Origin: Nageia nagi
Lineage: Eukaryota > Plantae > Pinophyta
Direction: 5' to 3'
DNA length: 64,000 bases
Assembly: GCA_050084985.1 (NCBI GenBank)
Contig: JBITNC010000001.1
Location: 173,972,001 to 174,036,000, forward strand
Shown piece by piece: positions 1 through 12,628 of this stretch; position 1 is the stretch's first letter, and the number at the start of each line of letters is the position of its first letter. The notes beneath the pieces are model-generated. The model ran no database searches and was not told the origin of the DNA. It saw nothing but the letters and a program-made list of their open reading frames with translations. Made by a program: the position numbers and the translations under genes.

Positions 1-2592
1 AAATTTCTACAAGTAATAAACTCAAATTAGTTCTTATATTGGTGATTTTAACAACTAGTGAAAATATATCATCAAACTCTATGCATTTTATTTTAGAAAA
101 CCCCTTGATTATAAGCCTTACTTTGTATCTCTTTTGTCCTCTCATCTCATCCTTTAACTTGTACACCCACTTATTAGTTAAATCCCTTTTACCATTTGCT
201 AGCTCAACCAAATCCCAACTTTGGATGTGAATAAGAGACTCCATCTCTTCATCCATAGCAAGCTCCCACTCATTTCGTGTACTCATCTACATAGCCTCAT
301 CATAATATTTTGGTTCACTAGAATTAGTGTATAAGATATAATAAAGAGCAGGGGGAATATATTAGGTGGTTTACTTTTTCTTATGGACCTTCTAACAATA
401 GGTGGTGGAGTTTGGGCCTATTGTTGTTGATGTCCTTCTTAGTCCTTGGGTTTACATGGATCATCAAGTATCATATACTTGCCTCTTTTTTCTTAACCTA
501 CAATTTATCATTATATCCAAGCACTTTTTATTGAATATAATATTCCTACTTCTAATGGGTTTTTTATTATTATTATCCCATAGTCTATATAAACCATCAT
601 GCCATATCCAAAAAAAAAGCACTTTTGAGCTTTGGCGTATAATTGCTTTCTATCCTCCTTATTGATATGCTCAAAACCTTCACTACCAAATACCTTAAGG
701 AAGGAATAGTTTACCTTTTTACCTGTCCATAACTCTTATAGAATCCATCCATCCAAAGAACTAGTAGTCCCCTTGTTAATCAAGTACACTACAATATCAA
801 CAACATTAGGCCACATAAATAAAGGTAATCCTACATGCAACCTCATGTACCTTTCATGTTTTAAGATTATTTTATTAATCCTTTATGAAATCCTATTCTC
901 TTGAGGTATCATTGGAACTACCTTTATCCTTCTTATTATGTTTTGTGAATAATAGCCATCAAAATGCTTGCTACAATATTCTCAACCATTATCTAACTTG
1001 AGATATTTCAACCTTTTTCATGTTTCATTCTCAACCAATGGTTTCCAATTCTTGAAAGTATTAAACATGTTATATTTATTCTTGATACAATAAATACATA
1101 TTTTCCTTCTTTCATCATTAATGAATGTAACATAATAAGATAAGCCATTAAAATATTTTACTTGTGTAGGTCCCCACACATTCGAGTAAACTAACTCCAA
1201 CTTCTCCTTCTTCTTTTCTTTTTCAACCTTGAGGAATCTCACCCTCTTATGCTTTCCAAAAATACAATTCTCACAAAACCCTAAGTTAACAACTTTTAGT
1301 TTAGGCAACAACTTCCTTGAATGTAGAATTTTCATACTTTTCTCACTTAGATGCCCAAGTATTTGGTGCCATAATTTGGCATCTTCGCCTATGGAAACTA
1401 AGTTCAATGAGTAGTTAGATGTGTCGATGATTAAATATAAACTACCCACTATACTACATCTAGCTACCACCATTAATCCTCTTATAACTTTCCATGAATA
1501 GTTTTTGAATGCAACAATATAGTGCTCCTTATCAAGTTTGCTTACTGATATGAGGTTCCTCTTTAATTCCAGAATATGTATAGCTTCTTATAACATCCAT
1601 GGGCTTCCATTTGGAAATTTTATCTTAATTGTACCAATAACCATAATATTACATGGTTGATCATTACCCAAAAGCACATGTCCATAGTTAATTGGAAAAT
1701 AATCTATGAAATATTCCTTGTAAGAGGTTGCATGGAAGGAAGCATCAAAGTCAATCACACAATAATAACTATTTATATCAAGTAACAAAATGAGAGCATA
1801 TTGTATAATTTCACTAGTAATATTAGCTTCTTCATTATTACCTTTATTTTCAATACCTTCCTCACCATCATCTTTCCTTGACCAACAATACTTCTTGATA
1901 TGGCCTTTCTTCCATAAAACCAACACTCCAAATTTTCTTTGCTTCTAGATTTGTATCTTCCTTTAGATTTTCCTCTTTGTTGACTCTTTCATATTTTCCT
2001 TGTTCATCATATATTTTCAACTATAAAAGTCATGCTTGAATTTTCTCATATCCTCATTAAGAATAGTCTCAACCACTTCATCAAATACCAATGTAGTATT
2101 AGAGGTAGATTTACTTACTACCATGAAAAGGCTATTCCAATTGTCTGGTAGTGAACATAAGATTAGTATTTCTATAATCTCATCATCAAATTCAATCTTA
2201 ACATATAAAAATTGTTAGTAACAATATTGAGTTTATTCACATCATCCAAAAGAGATCCAACTTAATTCATATTCATACTAAATAACTTTTTCATTAAGTA
2301 TACCTTGTTTGAGGTAGATGGTTTCTAATACATCTTGTCTTTTTGTTTATCATCTCTTTGGTGGTTTTTCCCCCTAATATGTTGAACCTAGGCATAATTT
2401 TACCCTACCTAATACCTTTATGTGGAGTAAAGCCCACTCTTCATCTAACATAGTTGAAGGTTTCTTTTATATTACCTCAAGAGGTAAGAATAAATCCTTC
2501 TAATATAGTTAGTCTTCCATTTACATCTTCCAAAATTGGAAATTATAGCCAATATTGAATTTATCCACCCTTTATCTCCCTTATTCTTCCAT
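1..2592 (-). pseudogene. Ty1/copia element A gag-pol remnant (Tnt1/Tork-like): gag, Zn knuckle, protease, integrase, start of RT; runs off window
   Basis: Minus-strand translation from ATG 2592: MEE...DKFN..NFQFWKM*MED*LY*KD. ORF 1018-1473 has LWHQILGHLSEKSMKILH...CENCIFGKHKRVRF...LELVYSNVWGP (GAG-pre-integrase/integrase). Near 1-330: AMDEEMESL...WDLVEL...NKWVYKLK (RT start). Many stops and frameshifts. Confidence 0.93.
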
Positions 2593-2647
2593 TGCTCCCA
2601 CTTTATCCTGAATCCAACCAATATGTCAACTACCTAACAAAACTATA

Positions 2648-2659
2648 GCTCTGATACTA
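2648..2659 (-). promoter_or_regulatory. Primer-binding site of copia A (tRNA-iMet)
   Basis: Reverse complement is tagtatcagagc, one mismatch to canonical tggtatcagagc, 2 nt from the LTR edge. Confidence 0.85.
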
Positions 2660-2661
2660 GT

Positions 2662-3346
2662 TATTAGGATCCACTATATAAAAATATAGGAGATAAATTC
2701 AAAATCTACAAGTTTTCAAATGAAATCAAAAAATAAATAAGTAATTAAATCATTCACACAAGATATGAGACAAGTTTTAACGTAATTCACCTAGTGTAGA
2801 CTACATCAACATAAAAGTTTTCAATCCTTTATTACAATTAGCTTTAAACAAGATATAACCAACAACTCTTTATTAAAACCTTCTCTTTGGTTTATAAAAA
2901 TCCTCTTAATACAAAACTTAATCTCTCTCTCTCTCAAACCTCTTTAATGTCATGATCAAATATTTATAATAAACTATTAGAATCCTATTTCTAAGCGTAA
3001 CTAGAGTATAAAACCATGTAATAAATCTACAATAAAATGGAAAAATCAATTATAAATATATATAACAAAATGAAAGTGAGTTTACATGCTCAAAATAGAG
3101 ATTTTATGCTTTTAGATCATGATCAACTTGCATTAGATTCATCCTTTTTGTTGAATTAGATAACTAAGGTCTAGTTGCCTCTATAATAGAAATATTGCCA
3201 AATTTACCTTCAACAAGATCAATTGATTGATTGGGTCTAGAATATCAGCTAATTGATTGTGTTTATCAGCCTCCACCTAGTTGATTGGTCTTACATATTA
3301 GACTTATCCATGCCAATTAAAAAATAAAGAGAAATAATCTTCCACT
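2662..3346 (-). repeat. 5' LTR of copia A, main part (interrupted by element B)
   Basis: Begins tattagga (tgttagga with one transition) next to the PBS. The matching inverted terminus tcctaaca is at 35970-35977, just beyond the second ccact TSD. Confidence 0.75.
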
Positions 3347-4139
3347 TGTAAGCACCTCAAAATCATCTTTTGGCCTCGATTGTTTGAATCTTAGCCTTTT
3401 TATTCCAATCACTCCCTCATAGTCATTTTTTTACATTATATATTGAGCCTAGATTAGCATACCAGTTGCTCTACATGGTTGACTGGTTCGTTTACTAACT
3501 AGCCAACCAACTAGGTCAACAACCTACCATTCCAATGTTATATCTATAAATTCAAATTCAAAATTCATCTTCCCTCTCTTGTATTTTTGAATATTTCACT
3601 TTTGGACCATTTTGGAGCCTTCTCTCTCATATAGTTGAAGCCTTGAGCAAGATCCCAAGCCCTAATCACCTCTAGCACTCCCTCTCACATGTTTGGATCA
3701 TTCTTCTAAGTGTTGGAGAGCATTGGGATCTACCTTGGAGCCATTATAACAACCATATCCTTTTATTATTACATTTTTATAAGCATTTAGTGTTATTATA
3801 GGATATATTCATGGTATTTTAATCTTGTTTTATAATTATCTTAGCATAGCATGAGCATATCACCTTGCATTATAAGCATTTTCTTACTTTATAATACCCA
3901 TTTGATTATGGGAAAGGGGGTCTACATTCCTTAAAATAAGTTTCATAGATCTCTTTGACCACACTCTAGGGTCTTAAAGGACTAGAGTGTTGAGAGTCTC
4001 TCTAACATTTATCTTTTGCAGGTTTAAACATCAAGAGCATATCCCTTCATAATTTTATCACAAGATGAACTCTAGCAAAATCATGGAAGTGCAACCTTGA
4101 TCCTCCTTTTTATATTATCACCACATTTGGATGCCCACA
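3347..4139 (+). repeat. 5' LTR of element B (793 bp)
   Basis: tgtaagcacctcaaaat...tttggatgcccaca; colinear with 34040-34627 plus 35717-35942. Confidence 0.9.
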
Positions 4140-5615
4140 TACTATAAATCATGGTGGGTATACCTTGGTCCTTTGAGCATCAACTTAGAGGAATTTTTCC
4201 AATCTTTCCCCTCTTTTTTGGCATTTATTTTTCACCCTTTTTCTCATTTTTTCAAATATTTCTCATCACTAAAATGTGTTAATTATTTTAGGATATTATC
4301 TTGAGCATAGTTAGAATCAATTTTTGAAGGTTTAAAGTCCTCATTCCCAACCAAAAGCCAACTTATTTATATTAGAATGGTTCTTAGAGTCAAGTCGATC
4401 CTTAGCAAACTAGTTATTCCCTAGCCATTACGAAGCACATTGATTAGCCCAACAACGATCATCAACATTTCAACTTGCTTGCCATAATTTAGTTAGTCTA
4501 TCATAGATCACTTTATCTTTATCAAATAATTTTTAGTAAATCAATTCATCCTTATCAGTCATTATTATGTGTACCAGTTAGCTCTATTTTCTTTCTTGGT
4601 CATTTTTAGCCAAGTTTAGATCCTTTTTATCATTTTATTAGTAATTCCAACCCTATAACTAGGTGGTAGGAGTCTCCTATCAAAATTTATAGATATGAAT
4701 TATAACCATAGTATTTTATTTTTAGCATTTTATACTTAATTTTTTTAAATTCCTTGTGTACCTTTATGAATCGATTAGTCAACTATTTGATCGATCCATC
4801 AATTGGTACTACTAACTAGTCTATAGTCTACTGGTTAGGATCAAATATTGTAAAATAGGTATTGTTCATTTTAGGAGCTTGGAGTAAGATCTCCCTAGGC
4901 TTATATCCATTGTTTATCATGCTTTAGATTATATTTGCTTATTATTTTCATATTAGGTATTTATTTTTACTTTTGCAGTAATGATAGGAAATATTTCATC
5001 CTTGGGTGGGAATGCCTTATCATATATTGTGAAGGGTGTAATTTATGTTTTGCATTCATTTAGTTGCATATAATTGAAAAATTAATCTTACATTTTAAAT
5101 CACATGAGCCTAGTATTTTTCTAAGCATGTTGATTTCACCACCATGATGTCACCCACACTTAGAGGTCATTACCAAGGTGATGTACTTAACTTAAGCCCT
5201 TAAATGTTTCACACCCACAGAGATCGAGCCTTCATATAAATATACTTGACTAGATTAATCCCAAGGAAAACTAATTAAGAGGTCAAGTTACCATAAATAT
5301 AATCATCATTAATCGAGATAATAGACAAATTGAACAAGAAGTAAATAGATCAAGATAATCACCATTGTTATCTTAATCATCATCAAATCATTAACTATAT
5401 AGGATTGTTATCTTATCATATAAGGTGTTTGTAAATTAACTTTGCATCTAGTAAATCAATATCATAACTAAAATTTTGGCTTGGTATTTCTTTTCTTATA
5501 TTGTTTGGCACTTTTGGGACATTTAAATTTAGTAACAATGTTGTTCTTTCCATTTGTTCCTTTCTTGTTAAGATTAATTAATCCTTGGAAATTTGATAGG
5601 GAGCCTCATGTGAAC

Positions 5616-7752
5616 ATGGTAGCCACCCTTAGGTATAATCAACTAGATCAAGAGCAAGACCAAGATCAATAAGAACATCCACATCATCCCCTTCCATCTA
5701 GGCCAATCACCCCTCACTCATGTTTCAACACCCTCTCATCATTCTCCTCATCAAGCCACTATGCCTCTTGATTCTCAATTGGCTAGTGAAATAAAATCTC
5801 CTCCCATGTTTCTAAACCTTCCTCAAGCTATAAAAGATCAATTCATTGATGATATTATTATTCAAGAGAGTTTTATTAAGCTTTTTAAATAATTTAGCCT
5901 TCAACAACATAAAAAGCAAAGCATGTTGTCATATTCTCATCTTTAAAATATGATTTATCATTTTGATCCTTCATATTTTGATCCACAACCTTCTTTTGTC
6001 AATAATTCACCACTTGTCATAATAACCTAAATCACACCTCAACCTTTACAACAATTAGTTTCATCACAATCCCTAACCATATCCTTTCCAATGAGTCTCC
6101 CTTCCTTTGTATCAAGTGCAAAATATATCAACCGTAATCATGGATCAACATCTCCTTATCACATTCAACAAGTTGGACCTCTTAGTCTATCAATACCTCT
6201 TGTTATTTAATAAATTCCTTTGATCACACCAAGTCATATTGCATCATATGGTTTAGGGATACATCATAATCTTCCTCCCTTGAGAATACCACATCAAAAT
6301 CAATCAACTCAAGTTGCCAACATTGGTCAAATAGGTACCTCCCATCAAGAATACCAACCAAATATAAACCAAATCAAAGGTAACATTCAAAAAATGGGCT
6401 CTAAAGGTATCATAAATCAAGTTTATCAAAATGTGATTCAACCTCCTCCCTTTCAATATATGAATCAACCATCACATCAAAATCAAGGATACATCAATCA
6501 AATGGATCATCCATAAAATCAAGCATATGTACCGTAAAATCAATTTATTTCCAATCCAATATGGAATCAATCCTTGGGACAAAGAATGCAATAAGGCTAT
6601 CAACCAACGTATCAAGTGCAAAGAATAGCAATCCAACAACCTCCAAAAATGCATGATGATATATTGAAGAGATTACAATAGATGGCATCAAGGATCAACA
6701 ATTATAACAAAAGCAATTTATCTTATCAATCAATTGTTAATGAACCTATCAGCCCCATGGTTTCAATCAAGAAATTTCCATACAAGTTTGAAGTTCCTCA
6801 AATGAAAAAATTGAAAGGGAAATAAGGTACAAGAGAGCATTTGAGATAATTCAAGTATTCTTGCTATCTTATGAGCAATTATGATGTCCTCATGCTTAGG
6901 ATATTTCTAATAATATTAGAAGGCCAAGCTTTCTATTAGTACAACTTGCCCAAACATAGCATCTATTCTTTTGAGTAACTAGATAATCTCTTATTGGATC
7001 ATTCTACCATCAACATAAGGAAAATATCATCTATCGCATACTTAACAATAATATCACAATATGATGATGAGACTATAAATGATTATATGGTAAAATGGAG
7101 AGCAATTGTGACATATTTTTTGTATTCCTTACCACGAGAAGAGCTTATCAAGATCTTTAGAAAAATTTGTAACAAGGAAATATTCTGCATCTTGGAAATA
7201 CAACAACATAAATCTTTTGAACAAGTGTTATTATAATTGAATCTCATTGAATAAGTCAAGATTCAATCGGGTGATATCAAATTACATAAGAAGAATCATT
7301 ATCAAAATCAAAAGCATAATGTTAATTACAAAGCATATCAAAACCAACCATCAAGTAAACCATCATATGAAGTCAACCAAGCAAATATAGGAGCATAATA
7401 ACCAATCATGCATAAGAAAGATCAAGTTAACAACCAAAGGTAAAGAAGAAATTTCACTCCTTTGGGGGAGTCATTATCAAATATCCTACCAAAGTTATTA
7501 CAAGCAAATGTTTTAAAATTTCCTCCAATCAAGGAAAATTTAGGAGCATCAACAAGATCTTGGTATAAAGAAAGCAAATTTTATAAGTATCATAGCCAAT
7601 GTGGATACAACACTAGTTGGTGCATGTGATTGAAGCATGAAATCCAAGATCTTATTGATAATGGTCAAGTATCAACAGGAGCACTAATCACACCACCTAT
7701 TCAATATTTGGGGATTTTAAACAATCCTTTTCCTAATCATGATCAAGGATAA
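5616..7752 (+). pseudogene. Degenerate Tat/Ogre-type gag of element B
   Basis: Q/P/N-rich N-terminus, then KFEVPQMKK.KG...REHL..FKYSCYLM...DVLMLRIF and QYDDETINDYMVKWR, and a CCHC-like remnant near 7580-7650. Visibly homologous to the gag of element C at 13990-14960. Confidence 0.8.
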
Positions 7753-9307
7753 GCATAAATATCATATGAGAAAGATTATCATAATGTTGGAACCCCTTCC
7801 TCTTATAGCAACTTCATTGGATGAGCCATTGAACATGAAAAATATCCTTGACTCATCATCAATTAACTTTAGTGATATCAAATTTTATCATTTAAACATC
7901 ATCATGTGAGCATAAGTTATCAAGCATGCATAATAATATTGACATCTTGGGAGTTGATACTAGAAGCTACTCCTCCTTTGTGGTCATATAGTAGTGGAGG
8001 CTTTGGGGTAGGAAAATAGTTACTTATCTCCCTCCATGAATATATCTTACCTTTTTTATCCCTTGTTGATAGCACTAGCATTATCTCTTCATCATTTGGT
8101 GTGCATCCTTATTACATTATCATATTATAATGTTACCATATGTGATTCTCTACCATATTATCATTAGCATCATAACCCTCATCATTAGCATTATCTTTTT
8201 CATCATCCCTATCATTGCCATGCTCTCATTGTTGTCTTTGTATGCTTTCATAAAGTGTGCCTCTCATCTTAGCATCATAATCATGCCATCATAGGCATTT
8301 ATATTTGAGGCTCATTTTACTTAATATCATTGTCACTTTTTGTAGGCCTCATTTTTTGATGAGGACATAATCACTTTGGTCATGATCAATATATCAAGTT
8401 ACCTTAAATCATTCCTTTAGGAGTGATTATAGATTGTTGATTGTTGATAATGGCTTTGATATGGATGAATCTCTTCACTTATACTCTATCATCAATAGTT
8501 AATTAATGAGAAAACATCATTTCATCAAGATCAAGCATCAAATCAAAACATGCAAATTCAAGATCAATTCATCATTTATCATATCTTTTATCATATAGAA
8601 AACCATATAATCAAAGAAAATATTTCATCAAAGGAAAATCAATCAAATCTTGTACCATCAATCAATCTCATCTTTTATCAAATTAAATCTTTAAGCATAT
8701 ATCACATCAAGCAAACATCTCTTAGCATATCAATCATGATCAAATCAAGCATCAATATTATATCATGAATCCTTGAGCATATCAATATCAATTATCAGTG
8801 AGCACTTATCAATGACTTAATGATGTTTTGTTGACATCACCTTATTTTCCTTTATTTGGGCTTGAGATATCAACTATATTAAGTCATAGCTAATATTACA
8901 TTGGTTTTCCAGCATATGAGTAGCATGGCATGCATCATGACTTTAGCCTTTGATTATTATCTTCTTTTCTTTCCATTCAACATGGAGCAAAGATATCATT
9001 TGATCATTGTTATTCCTTATTTTCCATTGAGAATGGGGAAAAATTATCATGTTGAGTATTTATCCTATCTTTTTGAGCATGCAAACTAGCTATGACACAA
9101 TAGTGTTGGCACCAAAAAGGTGTTATAACTATATGCACCCTTGACATGATTGCATCATAATCATCATCATATCCTTTATCTGATATAGACTAGTTATGAT
9201 ATGACAATATTGGTATTATGAGTTATTATAACTATGTGTACCCTTGACATAATTCTATTAGCTTTTAGCATCATATTACACACACATCATTTTGATCATT
9301 TTTATCT

Positions 9308-9866
9308 TTGCTTTCCATTTAGCATGGGGTAAAGAACTCACATGAGGATATATCCTTTGCTTTCCATTTAGCATGGGGAAAAGTTATCCTTTATCATTCT
9401 TTCCTTGCTTTCCATTCAACATGGGGCAAGGCTTATCATCATTTTCTCTTACTTTCCATTCAACATGGGGCAATATTTATCTTTATCTTTTCTTGCTTTC
9501 CATTCAGCATGGGTCAAGATTGAGCATTATTTTTCCTTTGGTTTCAATTCAGCATGGGGCAAAGATATCACTTTATTTCTTGCTTTCCATTCAAAATTGG
9601 GTAATATTTATCATCATCATCTATATTTTCCATTTAACATGGGGAAAATACATAATTTGAGCATTCTTTCCATTCAACATAAGGCAAAGATATTTTTAGC
9701 ATTATTTTTTCGTTTGCTTTCCATTCAGCATGGGGAAAAGCTATCCTTGGTATTACCTTGCTTTCTATTCAACATAGAACAAGGCTATCATTATTTTCAC
9801 TTGCAATAAGGTCACTGCTACCATTTTTTTATCTTTTCCTTCCATTCAACATGGGGTAAAGTTTTC
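9308..9866 (+). repeat. Array of 12 conserved ~25-bp motifs (ttgctttccattcarcatggggcaa) with variable T-rich spacers in the 3' region of element B
   Basis: Copies start near 9308, 9357, 9405, 9449, 9493, 9538, 9580, 9622, 9664, 9714, 9758, 9836; two outliers near 8965 and 9017. Confidence 0.9.
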
Positions 9867-9875
9867 TTTTGGTAG

Positions 9876-10780
9876 TGTAAACACCCAAAATGACCCCTTT
9901 TTAAAAAGTTGGAAGAGGGATAAAAATTTAAGCATTATTATAAAAGTTATAATTAATATTGAAACACTAGCACCCAATAGTTAATTATCTATGATTTGAA
10001 CTAAATATCAATGTCCTCTCTAAGGGCATTAATGGTTTTATAATTAGCAAAATAAAAATAAAAACTTGAGTTGTTGAGTAACTCATCCATCAAATCTATA
10101 GATCAAGGATGATTCATGGTTAATCCTATAGATTTGAGCATGATACCACAATAATTTTGGATTTGGATAAGCTCTTGAACAAGATTTTTTTACCTCCAAA
10201 ATGTGAGATTCAACTAATTTTTAAATTTATAAATAAAACCTTTAGGAATAAAGAAAGGAACCCAAATTCAAAGTAAAGCCACTCTACAAAAATTCATCTA
10301 AGATTTTTTGTGAGTTAAGTGATGTTATTTCATCATTATTTATTCATTTTAGTATCATATATTTTGATATGAGAAGGTATGTTTGATGCTTTGTTATTGC
10401 ATGTGTGTAGGGTCCATAGGTGCTGAGAAATAGAACATTAGATGTTTTTTGAGGTAGCAATAGGTAGGAACCAAAATCTAGCTAAGGAACAACAAGGAGA
10501 GAAATCAATATAATACAAAAAAATTACATAAACACCAATGACTCCCTATCAGATGCCCACAACTAAACACAACCATTGACTACTTCAAATGAAATGTTGA
10601 CAACTCTATAAGAGCCAAAGAGTTTCAAAATCAAAAAAATTTAAAAACCCTTCTAACAAGGTACACCGAATCTACTGATTCACATACATAAAATTGAGGT
10701 CATGCAAAGATGTAATAGAACATTCATTTGTATTAATGAAATTCATATGTATACAAATAAATTGCATTTTTATGTTGATA
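9876..10780 (+). repeat. 5' LTR of element C (905 bp)
   Basis: tgtaaacacccaaaatg...catttttatgttgata; colinear with 32781-33685. Confidence 0.93.
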
Positions 10781-10783
10781 CTT

Positions 10784-10800
10784 TAGCACTAGAAGGAGGG
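10784..10800 (+). promoter_or_regulatory. PBS of element C, complementary to plant tRNA-Asn(GUU) 3' end
   Basis: tagcactagaaggaggg equals tggcgctagaaggaggg with two G>A transitions; plant tRNA-Asn ends ...CCCUCCUUCUAGCG-CCA (recalled). Confidence 0.8.
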
Positions 10801-12628
10801 CTCCTCACACATAGATGACATCAATAGTAAAATATAGGGGTTCTTTAGGTTTTTACAATTTTTGTTGTTGGTTTTTGCATCTTATGATTTTGAAATTGAT
10901 TAAAGGTTATTGTTTTGTATTTTTTCATATATTGTAGTAGAGTTATTAGTGACTAGGTATCGAACACCAATGAATATATAAGGATTTCATTGATTGGATA
11001 AATAATGTTAGCATTTAAATAATTGAGATAAATTCTCCAATTCTTATCAATACAGAAAGTGCAATGTAGGCATTAAAGATTGGGAAATGGGAATGAGCCC
11101 CTTGTTTTTGATTTCTACTCAGAATGCATATAGGAAAGGGTAGTTAATGATATTACTATGGCTTATTAATTAACTTTTGGTTATTAAATTTCATTTAAGT
11201 TCAAATTTTTTGTATGTAAGGTAGGGATCGAGAAAAGCACCTCACTAATTTATTTTTCTATTGAATCCACTTATGCTCTCCCTTTTCATTGAAAAGTGAT
11301 CTGAGGTTATCATAATGGATTTAATATAAAAAATGTAAATGAACCTTTACTTAATGTACTATCATATAATTTGGTAAATGAATTCCCATTAAATTACTTC
11401 CACACTTGGAAGGAGTAATTGACCATCATTAAACTTGGAATGAATCTAAGGTAAATGAATCAAGTTTAAAGTAGAATAGTACATTACATTAGTAATAAAT
11501 ATGGTGATTATGTTTACATTAAATTACTTTTACTTAATAAAGTATGCTCTCAATTTTGCACCTATGGTGATCTAAAATGATCAAAAAAAGTTAACTAAAA
11601 GGGGGAATAAATTCACATTTAATTTTGGAATTTACCTACACATTAAAACTATTTACCTGTCTACCCTTACCACACCAAAAGGTGGTCAAAGGTTGATTAT
11701 GACTCGTAAATAGGGAAAAAGAATTTGCACTTATGGATAATTTATATACACTAAAGGCTCCTTACATATCTACCCTTACCATGTCAAAAGGCAATCTAAG
11801 GTAGATTGTGACTCATAAGGAGAGGTAATGAACCACATTTAATTACTTCCACACTTGGAAGGGTAAATGAACTCCATTTAATTTTGGTGATGATTCTCAT
11901 TAAAAGGTAATGAACCTCATGGGTTGACTAGATCAAGTTATGCATTAAATAAAATAATATTTTAATCACATAAAAAACTTCTAATTAATAGACATGTATG
12001 ATTGGGAGGCTTAGAAATTGCATTCATACACACTTTGCTTTTATTATATGCATAATCACAAGGCATTATAAAATGAACATCAATGAGTTATATGTCATCA
12101 TCAGTCATTGATTCTTATTCTCTTATCTCTTCACCGATAAAATGCAATGAGCCTTAGAGCCAAAACCTAGAAATGAATATTAGGTTTATAGGTTAAAAGT
12201 CATTACTTTCCATTGAATGATTATAAAAAAGTGGACTACACTTGGATTTAATCACCAAGATAGGTCTCAATGGCATCCCTTGAACCCCATTGCACTAAGG
12301 GGACCACTTTAAGTACCAAGATGTTACTTAGCCATAGATAGCTTATTAGGATTACCAACCTACCTTGATTAAACACTTGACTAGAAAAATATTTTTAGAA
12401 AAACTAAAAAGATCAAAATATACAATTCACATCGCTCATATGATAAGATTAATCAAATTTTTCAAAAACTATAATCACATCATAAAAAGTAAGTACTCAT
12501 GTAGGATATTTATGCATTCAATTACTTTCTCGCAAATATAAAATAGAAAATATAAAAATGTAATTATTATGTTTGATCTTTATGTTCTTTTCATAGTTTT
12601 ATAAAAACCAAAAAACTAAAAATAAAAG

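Noticed and set aside
4128-4139. tggatgcccaca as PBS of element B
   Set aside because: Present in both LTRs, directly followed by the TSD in the 3' copy, and forms the imperfect terminal inverted repeat with tgtaagcacctcaaa.
9373-9809. ORFs of 95 and 134 aa
   Set aside because: Translations of the repeat array.
9308-9866. CRISPR array
   Set aside because: Plant retrotransposon context, no cas genes, degenerate repeats and low-complexity T-rich spacers; kept only as a repeat-spacer-like array.
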